Assembly: GCF_006345805.1 (NCBI RefSeq)
Contig: NC_043019.1
Span: 14,817,360-14,881,359 of the forward strand
Direction of reading: 5' to 3'
Source: Octopus sinensis
Taxonomy: Eukaryota
Length of the DNA: 64,000 nt
Every line of letters starts with the position of its first letter. Position 1 is the first letter of the stretch. The notes under the pieces were generated by a model. The model saw nothing but the letters and a program-made list of their open reading frames with translations, ran no database searches and was not told the origin of the DNA. Shown one piece after another: positions 11,388-24,319 of the stretch. The position numbers and the translations under genes are program-made.

Positions 11388-12590
11388 AATATTCTGGACA
11401 TATCACAATATTCTGGCTGTATCATAATATTCTGGACATACCATAACATTCCTGGCAAACCATAGTATTCTAGTGATTATATCACATTCATGATATACCC
11501 CAATATCCTGGACCCCTCCCAATATTCTGGACACACTCCAATATTCTGGACACACCCCAATATTCTGGACACACCCCAATATTCTGGACATACCCCAATA
11601 TTCTGGACACACCCCAATATTCTGGACATACTACAATATTCTGGACATACCCCAATATTCTGGACACACCCCAATATTCTGGACATACCCCAATATTCTG
11701 GACATAACCCAATATTCTGGACATACCCCAATATTCTGGACATATCACAATATTCTGGACATACCACAATATTCTGGACATAACCCAATATTCTGGACAT
11801 ACCCCAATATTCTGGACACACCCCAATATTCTGGACATAACCCAATATTCTGGACACACCCCAATATTCTGGACATACCACAATATTCTGGACATACCAC
11901 AATATTCTGGACATACCACAATATTCTGGACATACCCCAATATTCTGGACATACCCCAATATTCTGGACATACCCCAATATTCTGGACACACCCCAATAT
12001 TCTGGACATACCACAATATTCTGGACATACCACAATATTCTGGACATAACCCAATATTCTGGACATACCCCAATATTCTGGACACACCCCAATATTCTGG
12101 ACACACCCCAATATTCTGGACATACCACAATATTCTGGACACACCCCAATATTCTGGACATACCCCAATATTCTGGACATAACCCAATATTCTGGACATA
12201 CCCCAATAATCTGGACATACCCCAATATTCTGGACGTAACACAATATTCTGAACATACCACAATATTCTGGACATAACCCCAATATTCTGGACATACCAC
12301 AATATTCTGGACATACCCCAATATTCTGGACATACCCCAATATTCTGGACATACCCCAATATTCTGGACATACCACAATATTCTGGACATACCCCAATAT
12401 TCTGGACATACTCCAATATTCTGGACATAACCCAATATTCTGGACATAACCCAACATCCTGGACATACCCTAATATTCTGGACATACCCCAATATTCTGG
12501 ACACAACATATTTTGGACATACCATAATGTTCCTGACAGACCATAATATTCTGGACAAACCATAATATTTCAGTGATTATGTAATATTCT
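11388..12590. repeat. 19-bp minisatellite (CCCCAATATTCTGGACA[T/C]A)n, roughly 60 units
   Basis: Register shifts by one base per 20 nt; homogeneous core with degenerate ends. Confidence 0.95.
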
Positions 12591-13306
12591 GAGCATAGAA
12601 TATTTTGGATATATCATGCATAGAGAACAGATTAATGAGGTAAAGGTTATATAGATAATAGTTTGGAGGTGTGGTTATTAGGTCAATTGTGTAGATAACA
12701 TGTTGAAAGAAAACCGTGTTACACAGTGGGTAAGAAGGAACTCAGGAAGGAGTGGTTCTGCTGCAAGGTGCTGAAACTGGTGTATCCTCAGTCAAAAGCA
12801 GATGAAGAGAATGTCTCACAATACAAATTATATGTAATATATAAATATCCTAGCATATATTGTGTTCCACAACAAAGAAGATGTAGGCTCCACAAGCAGC
12901 AGTGCAGGCAACCTCTACAGTGTTGTTGGCATGCTAAGATCTACCCAGTCTTTATCAGAAAATGGCTGGAGATAGTAAAGGCTTTCAGACATAAAAACCA
13001 CGTCCCCTCTAAAAATGTATACATTATTAAAGACTAGCTGGCCCCGTGCCATCAAAAGTGATGGCTAATTGTAGTATTTTATATATAAGGGTACAAAAAG
13101 GTGGGAAAAAAATCAAACAGTGCTTCAAATATAAAATAAAATATAAAATTATAAAATTATATTTTATATTGAACTCATTTATTTTGTTTATTTTTGTTTA
13201 TCGCTTGCATATGACCGTCATTTGAAAGGACCAATCAAACAAATCCGTTTTTAAAGGTGTAACGTTTATACTAGTCTTGATAGAATTGTCATATCGGTTC
13301 TATTTT

Positions 13307-13359
13307 AACAAAACTGTCTGACGAACGGGAACGTGGAACTCCGAGTAACAGTTTTTGTT
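13307..13359 (+). ncRNA. Hammerhead motif with one core substitution (GGAA for GAAA)
   Basis: AACAAAACTGT-CTGACGA-ACG GGAA CGT-GGA-ACTCCGAGT-A-ACAGTTTTTGTT; long helix I. Confidence 0.55.
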
Positions 13360-13925
13360 GAATTTCTGCTGCTTCTAAATAAAGCATATTACTCTACCTC
13401 TGGTATTTGAGTACTCTTTTTTCCACCTTGTTTCACATTTATGTGTTTACTCTGGTATTATATATATATATATATAGTTGTATTAGTTTGACACTTGGGA
13501 AAGTGAGAAAGTCTTTTACGTTTCGAGCCTATGCTCTTCAACAGAAAAGAATATGAAGAAATAAATAGAGAGAGGATAAAAAAACTCGTGGATTTAACAA
13601 TCAATCGTATCTATATACATATATATATATATATATATCTGTATTTTGTATATATATATATATACGAATATATACATAGACATAATTTTATTTGAAGCTG
13701 TGGCATTCATTCCGTTCATTCTGTCACTACTCCTAGTCTCCCAGCACTGCTTATAAACCGAACTCCACTGACTGTGATCACAAAATTTCCAAAAATTACA
13801 TGTAAACCAGGCAAGAATAATGGATAAAATATTTATTGTCAAGGCTCGATAACAGGGGTCAAATTGGTGACAGGATATCAAGGACCATTGCAACATCAAA
13901 ATAACTACAACAACAGCAAAATAGC

Positions 13926-13970
<45 letters not shown>

Positions 13971-14282
13971 CTTGGTTTCAAATTTTGGCACAAAGCTAGC
14001 AAGTTCAAGGAGGGGCTAAGTCAATTACATCAACCCCAGTGTTCAACTGGTACTTACTTTATCGACCCTGAAAGGACGAAAAGCAAAGTTGACCTCGGCG
14101 GAATTTGAACTCAGAACATAATGACGGACGAAATGTTGCCAAGCATTTTGCCCATCATATTAATGATTCAGCCAGCTCGTTGCCTCAATAATGATATTAA
14201 TATTAATGATAATGAATAAAAATAATTAGAAAAACACAGATTTATAAAATAGCAATATACACAAGACAAGCTCTATAATCTA

Positions 14283-14848
14283 TTGGGTCGTCCGGAAAGT
14301 TTGTGCCGATTTATAGTAGCTTACCTTTCGACTTATTTTAGAACATGGTTGAGTCCATAAAGCAGGATTTGACTACACCTTTATTTAGAGCACAGTTTAA
14401 GCTATCTTTTCATGGAAGAAGGTTTATGTTCCTATAACCTGTGTTAATTCTGTAACCCTTTAAAATGGAAGATAAGAAGGTTCATTTTCGGCACTTGATG
14501 CTTTGGGAACCAGACATAAATTGCTGCAGCTCGGCTGGGATGTGTTACCCCACCCTCCATATTCACCAGATATTGTTCCTTCAGATTTCCACTTATTCAG
14601 GTCTCTCCAGAATAGTCTTAATGGTAAAAATTTCAATTCCTTGGATGACATAAAAAAATACCTTGATGAATTCTTTGCCATGAAACCACCTCAATTCTGT
14701 GAAGAGGGTATTTTCAAGTTAAAGGAAAGATGGAGACGCATTGTGCAACAAAATGGTTCATATTTGGTTGATTAAAAATGTAATGGCAAGTATTTATTGA
14801 CCTTTTTCTTGCCTTTAAAAATCGGCATGTACTTTCCGGACAACCCAA
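14283..14848 (+). mobile_element. Internally deleted mariner element
   Basis: ~30-bp TIRs (TTGGGTCGTCCGGAAAG / CTTTCCGGACAACCCAA), TA on both sides; MEDKKVHFRHLMLWE joined out of frame to LPHPPYSPDIVPSDFHLFRSLQN...RW..IVQQNGSY. Confidence 0.9.
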
Positions 14849-14878
14849 TATTTTTGTAAATGTTGTTCACACGATTAA

Positions 14879-15100
14879 CCCAGTACCATTTAAACCAGTC
14901 ATATCTGGTCTAAATATTCTATTTGTTTTATTTTCAAACCAGCCCAATGTGACTTCTCACACCTACCCTACAATGTCATTCCAAAAATAAACTATCATAT
15001 CATCTTAAAATGTCAAAGCTATGAGATAATGCATAATTAATTCAACACAATGTGAGTCAATAAGCATTACATTTGGCAGATTAATCTGAGGTCTAAAGGG
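14879..15100. mobile_element. piggyBac-type MITE (another at 23631-23865)
   Basis: TTAA-CCC ... AAAGGG-TTAA boundaries. Confidence 0.7.
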
Positions 15101-15479
15101 TTAATGCATACAGATTCATTAGAGAAGTAAAATTTAATAGTTTCTGTTTAAAATTGAACAAGAAATTTCTGTGAATATTGTGCTATGTTGATAGTTATTT
15201 TTATTAGTATTTCATAAATATATTTAAAACTTTAAGGATGTTGTATTTTTTTCTTTTTAACTGAGGTTAGCTGGTTTAGGAAATAATTTTCCCCAAAGAT
15301 TACAAGTAGAGTTGACTGGAAATTGGGACTGTTGTTTTGTTATAGGGTTTTGTGTACTGGGTTAATTGGTGTTATTAGAGTTGGTAGATAATCCTAGAGC
15401 CGGTTAATCCAAGAGTAACCAAAAATTTAGGCAGGAAGTTGAGATGATTATTTTTGTAGAATTTGATCACTGTCTTTGA

Positions 15480-15790
15480 CAAGATAAGGAATGAAGAGAT
15501 CTTATGGCATGCTGGTCTGCTGCCTATGACGGAAATCCTCATTGCTAGAAATTTCCATTGGTAGGGACACATACACAGGATGGACAACAGCAGACTTCCC
15601 TCCAGATGAATTCTTTACTCCCAACTATACAAGGGGAAAAGAAACCAGGGAAGATCTAGACTGAGATTCAAAGATACTGCAAAATGGAACATGAAGTGGA
15701 AAGGAATTGGAGCAGAATAAACAGCAAATCAAGCGAAAGACTGACCAGTATGGAGAAAGCTTATCAGGTCATGCCAAAGCCGTGGACAGT
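15480..15790 (+). mobile_element. Decayed RTE LINE 3' fragment (another at 33265-33470)
   Basis: W.GHIHRMDNSRLP..ILYSQL..GKR..GR..LRFKD; LRYKDVCKRDMKAC.I....WE at 33.3 kb. Confidence 0.75.
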
Positions 15791-16552
15791 CAGAGTCGCA
15801 ACAACTGACTACATACACAAGTTATTAATGATAATGTATTGAAGACTGAATAGCTAAGTAGTAATAAATATTTGGTGAGACAGAGAGCTGGAGGCAATAA
15901 GACAAATAGCTAAATAGGTAGACAAACATATAGGCAAATATATATATATACGAGCAAAAGGCCCCCCCCCCGTCCAATGGACAGTGCTGAGTTGTCAAAC
16001 ATTTAAACCAAATTTTCTCAAAACAACTTGTCCGACCGTCCCATATCCTCCTCTTTGAGAAACACTGATTTCACCTAAATTTGAGACACCGTGCATTTTT
16101 CTTGCGTACGCGTAGTATCAATCACAACAGCTGATGTAATTGCGCGTACAAATGCACGTTTCCACGGCTTTATCGATCGCATTCTCACCTGGAATCGATT
16201 TTTGTAATTTTTTCAAGACTTATACACACCCTGATACCCTCGGTATCTACATATCAATTTTGAGCATAATTGGATGGAGGATGCCCGAGATCCTAGAAGA
16301 CACACACACACACAGACAGACAGAACGGATTTTATATAATAGATGAGGGGATGCTGGAAAGTTCCTGGCTTTGGATAAAAGAAAATACAGGAGGATCAGT
16401 TAATTACTATTGAAATAGTCAAGACTATTGAAAAGGTTGCAAGTCGCAACGAAAATTTTAGGAAAATAAGAATAAGAAATAAGTGGAAATTTTACCAGTG
16501 AGTGTGTTAAATATAAGGCACTAAAAGAGAATGACTCTTTCCAGACACAACA

Positions 16553-16638
<86 letters not shown>

Positions 16639-16722
16639 TATATAAATGAGGATAATTTAATTTAAATATCTTATCAAGTGGCCAGCATGGGAATAAAAAC
16701 CTTCAAAGGTAATAATTATTAT

Positions 16723-16963
16723 TAAAATTATAATTTATGGTATCTAAGAGATACGACCATGCTGGAAATAGCAGCCAAAACTTGACTCTAAAACCACATT
16801 AAATCCGGGATCTGGAATCATCCAATAATTTTTTGCTAGTTTATTTTGTCTCTTTGTCTTCTCTCCTGTTGCTGTATGAACATTTAATGTGGATTTAGAG
16901 TCAAGTTTTGGCTGCTATTTCCAGCATGGTGGTATCTCTTAGATACCTTAAATTATAATTTTA
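16723..16963. repeat. TA-tract-associated repeat with 82-bp inverted arms; same family at 10205-10466 with only 22-bp arms
   Basis: 16723-16804 is the reverse complement of 16882-16963; shared flank AAGTGGCCAGCATGG.AATAA..ACCTTC.AAGGTAATAATT. Confidence 0.85.
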
Positions 16964-16987
16964 GTATATATATATATATATATATAC

Positions 16988-17116
<129 letters not shown>

Positions 17117-17560
17117 TAAAGTAAAACAGAGATTTCATCCATATGAGAAAAAAAGACACTCAGTAAGTTAGTGTTAACATTTTTAATGTTTGGGAGTAAA
17201 TGGTTAATTATATAAGCTGCAACATACTGGTGTATATAAGTGGTTGTATGTATGTATGTGCATGTGTATATATATCTATGTAAATATATACGCCAACATA
17301 AACATACACATACATACATTATATATATATGTGTGTGTGTGAGTGTGCATAAATATATGCAGAGTATTCATAAAGCCTGGAAAGATGGCAATATCACTAA
17401 TATATACATATATATACATGTATATACATAAATATATGAGTATAACCAGCCAAAATTGCAAAGATAATCTGGAACTCAACTGAAGAAAGAAAACACCGAA
17501 TGACTCGTCCTTATTTTCTTTGCATTGTTTATCTAGATGTTTTGCTTTCTTGACCCATTT

Positions 17561-17612
<52 letters not shown>

Positions 17613-17769
17613 CTGTATTTTAATGTGTATAAGGAGCCCCTAATTTTTGGGGCTTACAATTTGGAAAAATGGTTTTGTAAGGGATTACAATACTGTCCAT
17701 GTATAAGAAACTCCCATATTTTTTTTAACTAATACACATTAAAGTATGGTATATATATATATATGTATG

Positions 17770-17800
<31 letters not shown>

Positions 17801-17905
17801 ATAATACACATACATACACACATATATGTAAATAGTAAGGGATTTCTCCAAACGCTTGGCTGCTTGCTCTCAGTTAGGTATTCAAAATAGGTTATTCAAC
17901 AGTTA

Positions 17906-17937
<32 letters not shown>

Positions 17938-18243
17938 TCACACACACACACATTTGTGTAGCCAATATAGATTAAGTAATACAGAAATGTCATCCATGTG
18001 GAAATAAAAAAAGAGATATACAAAGATGTCAGATAGCATTAGCATAATTTATGCACACAGAATACCAAGATAAGACCAGTGGACGAATTATGTCCGATTC
18101 ATCCTGTTTTACTTTATCATACAATATATTACAGAGATATACATAAATGTCCAGTCTGCAGAGTGTCTTTTCTGTCCACCGTCTCCCACCCAAACATGAC
18201 ATTCTCTATGGAAACAATCACAAAAGAATCGTATTAAACATAC

Positions 18244-18343
18244 TTCTTCATTTTCCTTAAGCAGTAACAAGTACAGAGTACGCCGATAACGATGCCAATC
18301 AACAAAGACAGTATGGCTGTCACCAGTATAAAGACTGTCATAC
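18244..18343 (-). CDS. NIDO protein exon 5, transmembrane helix (SMTVFILVTAILSLLIGIVIGVLCTCYCLRKMK)
   Basis: Acceptor TTTTCCAG, donor AA|GTATGT, 100 nt, phase 1/2; ~23 hydrophobic residues, then Cys and basic stop-transfer residues. Confidence 0.9.
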
Positions 18344-18544
18344 CTGGAAAATAAAAGAAATGAACAAACAAGTAAGTAAGCATACAAAAAAAAAAGAAGA
18401 TATTTGGGGCAAATATTTTGGTAAATTTGCATGAAAGTACAGAAATGAAATAAAAGATATGGGCGTGTGTATCTCTCTCTCTGTTTGCATACCATCGTCA
18501 TCATCATCATCACCACCACCACAACCACCACCACCACCACCACC

Positions 18545-18924
18545 ATCATCATCGTTTAACGTCCGCTTTCCATGTTGGCATGGGTTGGACGATTTTGACT
18601 GAGGACTGGCAAACCAGATGGCTGCACCAGGCTCCAATCTTGATCTGGCAGATTTTCTACAGCTGGATGCCCTTCCCAATGCCAACCACTCCGAGAGTGT
18701 AGTGGGTGCTTTTTACGTGCCACCGGCACAAGGACCAGTCAGGCAGTACTGGTAATGGCCACGCTCAAATGGTGCTTTTTACGTGTCACCTGCACAGGAG
18801 CCAGTCCAGCGGCACTGGCTACGACCTCGCTCGAATGTTTTTTCATGTGCCAGTAGGGCGACTCTGGTAACGATCATGCTCGAATGGTGCTTTTTACGTG
18901 CCACCGGCATGGAAGCCAGTTAGC

Positions 18925-18930
<6 letters not shown>
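18545..18930 (-). mobile_element. Repeat family C (SINE-like or LINE 3' end, (GAT)n tail, GGATGCCCTTCCTAACGCCAACC motif)
   Basis: Copies at 8880-9140+, 19000-19265-, 28430-28675-, 31790-32100+, 34530-34945 (inverted pair), 40065-40300-, 48395-48610-, 54880-55035-; ~60-bp internal subrepeats. Confidence 0.85.
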
Positions 18931-18969
<39 letters not shown>

Positions 18970-21383
18970 GTATATATAAATATATATATCATCATCATCA
19001 TCATTATCATCATCTTCGTTTAACGTCTGTTTTCCATGCTAGCATGGGTTGGACGGTTCAACCAGGGTCTGAGGAAGCCAGGAGGCTGTGCCAGGCTCCA
19101 GTCTGATCTGGCAGTGTTTCTACAGCTGGATGCCCTTCCTAACACCAACAACTCCGTGAGTGTAGTGGGTGCTTTTTACGTGCCACCGGCACAGGGGCCA
19201 GAGGAGGCTGGCAAATGGCCACAATCGGTTGGTGCTTTTTACGTGGTTTTTATTTGTTCGACTAAAGGCAGTGCTGCAGCATGGCCACAGTCACATGACT
19301 GAAACAAATTAGAGAAAAAGTAAAGGAAATGAGGAATAAATTATATTTATCTCACAACCCCCAAAATATATTCACATATTAAAACTGAGAATAACGAGAA
19401 TATTGGGTTTATTCACATATTAAAACTGAGAATAACGAGAATATTATTTGAGTTCATTCTCTGATTTTTCAGGAATCAAAATAGAAGTTAGGAATATTGT
19501 AATTAGTCTGTTGTGAATGTGTTTGTTTTTTGACGGTCAGGGCAAACTGAAAGAACGAGAGATGACCAAGGGAATCGAAGGCCCATGGCTGTTGCGAAGT
19601 AAATATAAGCCATTAAATAACGAGCCAGTGACCCAATATGTTAAATTTCTCGTTACTAGAGAGAGAGAGAGAGGGGGTGGTGGTGGTGAGAGAGAGAGAA
19701 TGATAGAGGAACAAAAGAGAAAGAGAGAGAGTATGAGAGAGAAAGATAGGGAAGGAGAGGAAGAAAGAGAAAGAGAGAAGGGGAGTGAGAGAGAGCATGA
19801 AAGAGAGAGAGAGAAATAGGGAGAGAAAGAAAGAAGGGAAGTGACAGTGAGAGAGAAAGAGGGAGAGAGAGAAAAAAGAGAACAAGAGGAGAGATAGGGA
19901 AAGAGAGAAAAATGAAGGAGAGAGGGAAAGAGAGAGGAAAAGAAATATGGAGATAGTTGGGGGGGGGACAAACACAGACACACAAACATACACACATAAA
20001 TATATACATATACAAAGTGAGATAGGGGTTATGAGTGTAACCCACTATGGGATATCATTTATCCAATATACTGCCAGTAAAGTACCCAGAAGGCTAATTC
20101 TTATGGTATTATCTTACTTACTCTCTCTTTACTTGTTTCAGTCATTTGACTGCGGCCATGCTGGAGCACCGCCTTTGATCGAGCAACTCGACCCCGGGAC
20201 TTATTCTTTGTAAGCCCAGTACTCATTCTATCGGTCTCTTTTGCCGAACCGCTAAGTAACGAGGACATAAAGACACCGGCATCAGTTGTCAAGCAATGCT
20301 AGGGCGACAAACACAGACACACAAACATAGATGCACACACATATATATATATATATATACATATATATGACGGGCTTCTTTCAGTTTCTGTCTACCAAAT
20401 CCACTCACAAGGCTTTGGTCAGCCCGAGGCTATAGTAGAAGACACTTGCCCAAGGTGCGACTGAACCTGGAACCATGTGGTTGGTAAGCAAGCTACTTAC
20501 CACACAGCCACTCCTGTGCCTTACTGATGTATATTGTTTTATTCTGTCTTATTCTGTTGGATTTGGATGTTCCTATTTAATCTAAATAATTAGTTAATAA
20601 ATTATATGAATTGGTATTATCTGGAGGTTGATGCTTGAAGGAAATCTATTCCTCCATTTTCTTATTTTGTATATACATATACATATATGCGACGAGCTTC
20701 TTTCAGTTTCTGCCTACAAAATCCACTCATGGGGCTTTGGTTAGCCCGAGGCTATAGTAGAACCCAGAGCCATGTGGTTGGTAAACAAGCTACCTACCAC
20801 ACAGCCACTCCTGCACCCTGTTATCTGTTTTATTTTATTTATGAATTACACCCATATGTTGATCTCAGAAGATGGCAATGAATATGAACCTTCTATTAGA
20901 AACTTGGATACATCAGACGAGAGTGCAAGCTCGTCTGATAAAAAAATTTGTCTGAAAATGAAATGTTTTCTCCAAAAAACATCGCCAGGGAAGGGGTTAA
21001 TGATGATGATGATGATGGTGACCACGGCAATGAAGATGATGATGATGAAGATAATGATGATGAGGATAACGATGACGACAACAATGACGGCGATGATAAT
21101 AACGATGATGATGATGGTGGTAATTATGATGATGACAACAGCAATGATGATGATGACGACGATAACAATAATGATGACAGTGATGATGATGATGATGAAA
21201 ATGACAATGATGATGATGATGAGAATGGTGACGACGATGATGACGATGATGACAATGTAAGTTCAATGGCTTTTGCCACACTGTCACACATTAAAACATT
21301 TATGGCCTTGTGGGCAATGCAATAGAACCTTTTCAAAATATGGTGAAAATGAAGCATTAAGTCCCGTAGAATAGAATACAAAC

Positions 21384-21522
21384 TTTTCTGGGTACAAGGA
21401 GGCAGGTCAATCCTGATGATCCACACACTGGAAATGTTGATGTTTGATCCGGCGACAATATCGTTTGGTCCCGGTCCAGATAACATTATGTAGTTGTTCT
21501 TGTTACCGCCATCGTAGCCAAC
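21384..21522 (-). CDS. NIDO protein exon 4 (VGYDGGNKNNYIMLSGPGPNDIVAGSNINISSVWIIRIDLPPCTQK)
   Basis: Acceptor ATTTTCAG, donor A|GTTTGT (weak), 139 nt, phase 0/1; GF..G and SN.....W..R.D end the NIDO domain. Confidence 0.85.
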
Positions 21523-22630
21523 CTGAAAATATCAACATCTTTAGATTATTAAACCAAATATCATTATCCTCACCATCACCACAACCAATACCACCACCAC
21601 AACCACCACAACCACCACAACCAATACCACCACCACCTCCACCACCACCACCACCACCACCACCACCACCACTAGCCGTCCAAGAATTTGGACCTGGAGA
21701 TCACCATTTCCAGTGACTTCGAGGGGCCACCTCCCAGTGGTGTCGGGCGTCAATGAAGAGCCCTTGACAACAAGACGACCAAAGTTTTTTTTTTTCCCAA
21801 GGTCTGGGGTCTCCCATCCCTAAGCCTTAGACTATCACCTAACCACCCTTACCCATCTTGTTACTTAACAACAACAATAACAACAACAACCACCACCACC
21901 ACCACACACATACACATACTTGCATACACTTACACACATGCATGCTTACATGCACATACACACACGGACTCATATGCAAACCCACTCACTCTCACACAAG
22001 AACACACACACACACATGTGTGTGTGTGGATGCTAATGTATTTACACACTATTGTCTATGTACTTAGAAAGGCGGTGAGCTGGTAGAATCGTTAGCAAGC
22101 TGGACAAATTTGTTTAGTGTCACTTCTGGCTTTATGCCCTGAGTTCAAATTCTGGTGAGGTCGACTTTGCCTTTTATCCCTTCAGAGTGGTTAAAACGAG
22201 CACCAGTTGAACAGTGGGGGGTGGTCGATGTAATCGACTGTCCTGCTCACCTAGAACCTCCCACCTAGTGGCTATAGTACATAGATTTATTGATGTGTTG
22301 AAGCAAATTTTGGTGTGTCTGACGAGAGTCAGATTGTCATAATACCTTATCATCTAACACATTCAACAATTTGATTCCCATTCATCTACTATTTATATTC
22401 TTATTTTTTACATTTAAAAAAAAAATTTTTTTTTGAGTGGAAATCGAACCGGTAAGTGTGTCAGATAAAAACACATTAAGACAATATGAAACGGAGTGTT
22501 TTCCTCAAGAACTCAATGCATCACCCAGTTCAGGAATCGAAACCACAATCTCATAATCACAAGTCCAACACCTTAACCACTAAGCCATGTGCCTCCACTA
22601 TGCTTAATTGCTCATTGAAATGTAACTTAC

Positions 22631-22756
22631 CACTGCAGAGGAACTCCTGTTGAGCTCAGGCATCTGTTTCCAATCACCCCATGTCAGATTGACGTAGTAG
22701 AAAATGAGATATTCTCTGTCCTCCATTGTTAGCAAGATAATTTTGAATGTATTCGT
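22631..22756 (-). CDS. NIDO protein exon 3 (TNTFKIILLTMEDREYLIFYYVNLTWGDW...SAV)
   Basis: AG| and |GTAAGT, 126 nt, phase 0/0; equivalent to the NIDO NTFQ.VL.T...F.Y..I.W segment. Confidence 0.9.
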
Positions 22757-23192
22757 CTTTGGTAAAGAATTGTGACAAGAAAAAGTAGAAGAAGAAAATG
22801 AAGAATTATAGAATATATGATTTATATTGTCATGAATGTTGCACAAAGAAGCAAAATTGATATGATTACGAATACAAGGGACTGAAATGAGGTCCCTCTG
22901 AGAGTTCTCTGGAGTAATATTACCTGACAGGGTAGTGGCAAGCTGGAAGAATTGTTAGCATGCCAGGCAGAATGCTTGGCAGCATTTTGCCTGACATGGG
23001 CAAATGGGCAAAAAAGGAGCAAATGGGCAAAAAATGGGCAAAAAAATGGGCAAATGGACAAAAATGGGCAAATGGACAAAAAAAGGGAAAATGGGCAAAG
23101 AATGGGCAAAATGTTTAGCAGCATTTTGCTCATTTTGATGTTCTCAGCTCAAATTCTGTTGAGGTCGACATTGCCTTTCATCCTTTTCATCT

Positions 23193-23546
23193 ATCTCGTG
23201 CTAGATAACAACCATCTTTGGCTAGTTTGACCCTGTTGTGTCCACTGCTCTGATTGGTTGGCATTGGCAGAGTTTGTCTCTCGACTTATTTCGTGCCAGT
23301 GTGTAAGCCAACCAATCATGGCATTTGGATAAGGTCTCGTGACACTGTTTTCTTATGCCTTGTTTGAGCCTACCCCAGGCTTTATAAGGCACCAGCATTC
23401 ACTATTCCTGGTCTTTGGCTCTAGACCTTCTAAGGTCTAGTCACTGACCACAGAGCACTCAACAAACTCCACCAATGCCAACCAATCAGAGCAGTGGACA
23501 CAACAGAGTCAAACTAGCCAAAGATGGTTGTTATCTAGCATGAGAT
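23193..23546. mobile_element. MITE with ~85-bp TIRs and a central palindrome, nested in a SINE remnant
   Basis: ATCTCGTGCTAGATAACAACCATCTTTGGCTAGTTTGAC... is mirrored at 23462-23546. Confidence 0.85.
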
Positions 23547-24284
23547 CATTTCTAATATCTCTCTCAAACAGTGAGGATATCAGCTACGCTACAGAATAAT
23601 CTGAATGCAAAAGGGTTAACAGTCACTTAACCCTTTTGACCCCAAACTGTCAGAGAGCACTCTTGGGTCTATGATACAAACTTCCTGTTTCAAATAATCT
23701 AAATTAAAACCGTCCATCAAAAATTTCATGTTAACTTATATTTCAAGCATAATTTAACATGAAATTTTGATAACGTAACAAGTTATTTGAATAAAATCTT
23801 AATTCATTTCAAAATTAATTGAAACAAAGAGAGTGTATTTCAATAAAAATAGGGTAACAAAAGGGTTTCAGGGGTCTAAGTTGAAATCTTCCAATAAAAT
23901 TACATGTTAACTTATGTTCCAAATACCATGTAGTAAAACAACTTTGTCATAATTAACCCTTTCCTTACCAATCCGGCTGAAACCGGCTCTGGCTCTGTAG
24001 TACAAATGCCTTCTTTTCATAAGTTTTGAATGAAATTCTTCCACCAAACCTTAGTCACAATTAATGTTCCTAACACTAGCTTAATGGTAACTGAGTTATT
24101 TTACTAGATTCTTTGCTATACTTCAAGTAGGAGTGGCTGTGTGGTAAGTAGCTTGCTTACCAACCACATGGTTCCGGGTTCAGTCCCACTGCATGGCACC
24201 TTGGGCAAGTGTCTTCTACTATAACCTCGGGCTGACCAAAGTCTTGTGAGGGGATTTGGTAGACAGAAACTGAAAGAAGCCGTC

Positions 24285-24319
<35 letters not shown>

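Noticed and set aside
11403-12563. Long ORFs (272-356 aa) with CPEYWGMSRILG repeats; possible CRISPR-like look
   Set aside because: They arise because the 19-bp unit lacks stops. There are no unique spacers, no cas genes and the context is eukaryotic.
20860-21325. Acidic poly-Asp ORF with an EYEPS...SDES prefix resembling a piggyBac N-terminus
   Set aside because: Mostly a (GAT)n-derived tract, frameshifted at the join, antisense within a NIDO intron, with no catalytic domain or TIR found.
21540-21716. Poly-Pro/Thr stretch as a possible mucin exon
   Set aside because: A (CAC)n microsatellite directly upstream of the exon 4 acceptor. The gene strand would read poly-Val/Gly/Trp, and no splice sites are needed.
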